Shown: positions 62,297 through 64,000 of the stretch, piece by piece
How positions within the stretch are numbered: position 1 is the stretch's first letter
Layout: every line of letters begins with the position of its first letter
NCBI GenBank assembly: GCA_028534125.1
Contig: CM052818.1
Coordinates: forward strand, 32,862,001-32,926,000
From: Lama glama
Lineage: Eukaryota
Length of the DNA stretch: 64,000 nt
Direction: 5' to 3'
The notes under the pieces: generated by a model
Seen by the model: only the letters and a program-made list of their open reading frames with translations
The model's database searches: none
Told to the model about the DNA's origin: nothing
Program-made: the position numbers and the translations under genes

Positions 62297-62759
62297 CTAA
62301 ATCAACAGGAGGAAAGACACATCACTTGACACTCACTGGGCAGGAAGGGTAGCTTCAGCCCAAGAAGAACTAGCTAAGGAATTCATGGTGGAGGCTAGAG
62401 CTATGCCACTGCAGGGGGTCACGTGAGGTGAGGAGCTGTGAGGTTTGGATGGAGCAAGAGAGAAACTAGAGAGGAGGAAATGGGCGTCTGTCTATTTCTA
62501 TGCACAAAGCACGTAACACGTGGGCACGCATGTGCACACTCACGGTCTTTCCCATCTTGAGTTATCTATGCTCTTAAATGGGGCCCGCAGTCATCCCAGA
62601 GCAGGGGAGGAAACACTGAAGTCATGCTACAGGTGGCCTCCCAAGGGACACGGGTGTGGATGCCTTTAATAAGAGGTTCCACATGAGCTCATGCCCCAGA
62701 GCTTAGCAGCTAACATTTCATCCATAATTTCATGTGAGTGAGTCTCAGTGCTTCAGCTG

Positions 62760-63316
62760 GCTTCTAAAAGGTCTTTCTTCCATCATTCTTGCTGTTCCTC
62801 AATCCATTTTCCACACTAGTCAGGGAGATCTTTTAAAAATATGACACAGATTATGTTACCTTCTCCTAGAACCTCCAATAGCTTCCCACCTGTGTCCCCC
62901 CAGAAATCCATCTTTCTTACTTAGGGATTCAGATTCTGTATGTTCTGGCCCTTGACACCACCTCTGGTCTCGTGATCCCACTCTCCACCTTATTCACATG
63001 CCCGCCGCCATGCTGCCTTCCTTCTCTCCTCAAATGCACTCAAGTCAGTCCTGCTTCTGAGCCTTTGCAATCCCTGGTCTTGCCTGGGCCTCTGTTGCTG
63101 GCTCTCCAGATGGCTGGCAGCTTTTCCTCATACATGTCCCAGCTCGAATCTCCCCTCCTCAGACAGGTGTGGCCTGCATGGCTCATCAGAATGTGCCACC
63201 CTCGCTTGCCCATCCCACTTTCTTGCGTCACCTTCCTCAGAGCTGTCATCACTATCTGAAATGGTCATGCTTAGCTGTCTACTGGATGCCTCCTCCAGGA
63301 GACTGTAAACTCCAGG
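62760..63316 (+). mobile_element. L2 remnant; its 3' end resumes at 63976 after an LTR insertion
   Basis: tccattttccacac .. gatcttttaaaa .. gactgtaaactcca | catgaggggtggga rebuilds the L2 3' motif. Confidence 0.7.
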
Positions 63317-63975
63317 TGTAATGGAGCAAGACCCTGCGGGACCTTCCCAGGACAGGACCCCCTGCCCCACCATGTCCTCCACCTGTCTCTTGTCTGCAGA
63401 AAATCTTTAAAGAATTAATTTAATCAGAGAAATGAGAAAATGCAGAAACAAAGGGAAAGCAGTCAAACAGGACAAAATAACAGTTTAGTCATCAAGCAAA
63501 GTCAAGGACTGTTAGTTCCTCCTCAAGGACTATAAATAATATTCTGAACCATATCCTTTGAGCTGTTTTGTAGATATTGAAACCCCTACCAGGTGGAAGA
63601 AAGTTAGCATGATGTCCTGACTGTAGCCATGACACAATTCCAAGAACTGGCCTCAAAGAAATGGGAACAAACCGACCCTGGAACTGAAGGTTACCTGTTC
63701 TTAAAATGATCAAGATGGTGCTGATCAGACCACTGCATGACCAACGTCAAGATGACTGTCAGAGCTGACTGCTGCTCTGCACATAGCCCCCTCCCTCCAC
63801 CTATACACCTCAAAACTCCCCTGCTCCCTGATCAGCAGTGGGGAGTTGGACATGAGTCCACCTTCTCCCCTCATTGTCAGCCTCCAACATAAAAAAGCCT
63901 TTCCTTTCCTACCAACATTTGCCCCTCAAATACTGGCTTTCGAGTGGTGAGCAGTCAAACCTGAGATCGGTAACA
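63317..63975 (+). mobile_element. ERV solo LTR (ERV1-like), 659 bp, antisense to PLB1
   Basis: TGTAA...TAACA termini; 4-bp TSD cagg (63313-63316) / catg (63976-63979); splits an L2 tail; no internal ERV sequence. Confidence 0.8.
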
Positions 63976-64000
63976 CATGAGGGGTGGGATGCGTCTGTCT

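Noticed and set aside
1..64000. CRISPR array, prokaryotic operon, rRNA or tRNA genes
   Set aside because: None seen. There is no repeat-spacer periodicity and the sequence is intron-containing mammalian DNA.

Overview
This is mammalian (eutherian) genomic DNA, not prokaryotic. The right third holds the last 14 coding exons of phospholipase B1 (PLB1) on the minus strand (62296 down to 41256). All junctions are GT-AG and phase-consistent. The spliced frame is 1188 nt (395 aa + TAG) and covers the last GDSL/SGNH repeat, the transmembrane anchor and the cytoplasmic tail, followed by an AATAAA signal. The left ~41 kb has no recognisable gene and is dominated by repeats: L1, L2, MIR, MaLR LTRs, hAT MITEs and a ~2.4 kb Charlie-type transposon fossil. 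I found no convincing novel biological system. The best oddities are a ~350 bp locally templated intronic insertion flanked by a 17-bp direct repeat, a perfect 107-bp tandem duplication, a twin-primed inverted L1, a perfect four-unit heat-shock element, and a tandem splice donor that could yield an anchor-less PLB1. Repeat subfamily names and boundaries come from recalled consensus sequences, not from a search. Almost all entries in the ORF track are spurious.
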